A stretch of DNA of 64,000 nt from Takakia lepidozioides. Taxonomy: Eukaryota > Plantae > Bryophyta. The notes beneath the pieces were generated by a model. The model was given only the letters and a program-made list of their open reading frames with translations. It did not search any database and was not told the DNA's origin. The stretch spans positions 248,001 to 312,000 of the forward strand of contig CM060732.1 in assembly GCA_030704615.1 (NCBI GenBank). The letters are read 5' to 3'. Positions 61,871 through 64,000 of the stretch are shown piece by piece; the stretch's first letter is position 1, and every line of letters begins with the position of its first letter. The position numbers and the translations under genes were made by a program.

Positions 61871-62484
61871 AAAAAAAGGGTGTAAAAGGAATATTGCGTA
61901 TGGAGTGCTTCACATCCGCAAAGCACGAATCTCTCACTGGTGGGCGATCCGAGTCTCCGGATAACGAGGTCTGCATTTCATGCATGAGACGGAGCTTAAG
62001 TCGTGTCGTCGGCGGCTTCCCAAAATCTCGCGTCCTCCTTCTCTTTGCCGGAGTCGCCTGAGCTTCCACAAACTCTATGCTACCACTATGCCGCATAAGG
62101 AGAGGAAACGCAGGAGAATGTCACTGCAGAAGGGCAAGGAGCGAGAGAGCGAAGCGGTGGAACATGCAACCACTATGCACGAGCAGATGTGTAAGCAGCC
62201 ACGTCTCCCGAAGCGTTGCCACCGTCCACCACTTTCTGCCGTATGGGTGATGAAGAGATTGTGACCCCTGACACGTTCGCACGGATGAAGTCGACTGGAA
62301 CACGACGCGTGCCAGTTCCAGCCACCAGTACAAGACGGTTTATCCGAATTGCGGCACCGAAATACCTTCCGTTCACCGGATGCTGTTCCCGGAGCAGCCG
62401 ACATTGAATGAAATATCCGCACATCATGAAACCCAACCGCCATGAAAATCCCCTGCCTATGACATTCAACAGTCAGGTCGGTAC

Positions 62485-63145
62485 GTTTCATCAGCGGACG
62501 GATGAATTTCGGCGCCAAAATTCATCCTATTCAAGTGCTTTCGTACACAAACTTACAAATTTCGGCGCTGCAATTCATCGCTTCCCAAGTCCTCATTCGT
62601 CATGAACAAACCTGTCAGTGGGATATCGGAGCCGGAATTAATTCCGGGACAGTGGAAACGGCTGCACTTGGGCACATTTCATCCATATTTCGGCGCCGAA
62701 ATTCATTACGAATATCTCCGTCCGCGCGTAGACGAGGTGAAATCATCCATATTTCGGCGCCGAAATTCATCCAGAGCGAAGACTAAATCGACACCATGCT
62801 ATGCTTTGCCGCCATCATTGCCCCTGACGGATGCTGTCCATGCCTGTTGGACTTGCCATTTCTGGACATTTAACTATAATTTCGGCGCCGAAATTATACT
62901 TTATGTGCGGCAACGTCCCGTGCGAAAAAGACCACTTAATGGATACTGTCGGTTTCAAATGAAAAAAACGGCTAAAATGCAATTAATTTTGACAGAAGGG
63001 GTTCAATATGCCGATTTCTCCATTAAATGCAGAATATTCCTGTTATCTTCGTCGGAACGGGGTATTTCCAACGATTTACCGAAAATTATATCATCTAGAA
63101 GCAAATAGTAAGTGTCGGGTTTGGACAAATTTCAGCGCCGAAATT
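62485..63145. repeat. Dispersed ATTTCGGCGCCGAAAT palindromes
   Basis: About 7 copies (e.g. 62506, 62687, 62751, 62879, 63128). Confidence 0.8.
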
Positions 63146-64000
63146 CATCCGTCGCATAGAAAATGTAATATTAGAGTTACTCATTGCGGACAATAAGGAT
63201 GAATATGCAATCATCCATAGGAAACACAAAGAATCTGAATTGCTCGTCCCATCAGGCCTGCAGGTTACTTTGGTATTATTTATCCTAAAGCGACTTGAAT
63301 ACAATGCCTGAATCATTCTCTTCGCATCTACCAATGTCTTACCGTTTTGGAAAATAGGTAAACATTCAAGGGCATATAACCAAGGACCAGATTTGGCGGC
63401 CACAAAAAGATCCATCCATATAAGTTTGGCATGGTATCAAGTGTCCTAGAGTAACCGGCTTCTAAAAGAGGCTAAGAACACATCATCTACTGCTATGAAG
63501 GATTCAGACGTAGATACCAGGACCGGATGCACACTTATGCAAGAAACAGACATAAGTATTTGAATTTACGGTCATGAAATGCTCCCTTGGTGTAAAGTCT
63601 GTAGAGCCTCTTTCAGTTGTCCTTCCTCACATGATCAAGCATCCTCACATTCCCGCAAATCGTTATAAAGAACATTTTGTGGATCCATCTCTTGGTCCTC
63701 TTTTGGAAGCTGTGGTCATCTTGTGCATTGTGTCGCTGCTGCTGTTTCCAGATGACTATCTACCTATGCAGGTTTCTTGTAGCTATTGATCCACAGTGAA
63801 TCGTAGGTAATATTGTGCTTCAAACCCATCCCTCTTGCATGAATTTCTACCCACCCTCATTCCTGCTCCTTCAACTACCCCTGCCTCCGGAACAATCATG
63901 TATGGATCCAAATCTTGCTCCACATTTGACATAGGTGTCCATGAGGGTATTGTTCAGAATGACCTCTGGAAATGTTCCAGCTTTGATGATGTCACCATGG

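Noticed and set aside
63095-63415. Possible non-LTR RT fragment (RMIQALYS..FRINN)
   Set aside because: Too short and degenerate to call.

Overview
Eukaryotic, transposon-saturated DNA from a green-plant (streptophyte, most likely non-seed plant) genome. The evidence is spliceosomal introns, an iMet-primed chromovirus, a CACTA element and a MULE. No intact host gene is visible; the window is a nest of mostly decayed elements. Resolved by eye: a complete 13.75-kb CACTA element (3008-16757, TSD CGT) with divergent TnpD/TnpA genes and a captured FCP1/NIF phosphatase domain; two full-length chromodomain Ty3/Gypsy elements of one family, head-to-head (26790-33592 and 34175-46331), plus a solo LTR (22022-22746); two copies of a non-autonomous CCCGGGGGGTGCACTC-TIR element with an 8-bp TSD, carrying LINE fragments and a tRNA-like sequence; a MULE transposase with a GCM-like zinc domain; and a second CACTA remnant. 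Two methyltransferase systems stand out. (1) A multi-copy, intron-containing gene resembles bacterial beta-class amino (N6-adenine/N4-cytosine) DNA methyltransferases. It recurs together with CCGGGGG/CATGAGC termini, GGCGCC-centred palindrome arrays and an unknown ~190-aa ORF, which suggests an undescribed MTase-carrying DNA transposon family. (2) A Gypsy-type gag-protease polyprotein continues into a C5-cytosine DNA methyltransferase. All calls come from motif reading, not database searches.
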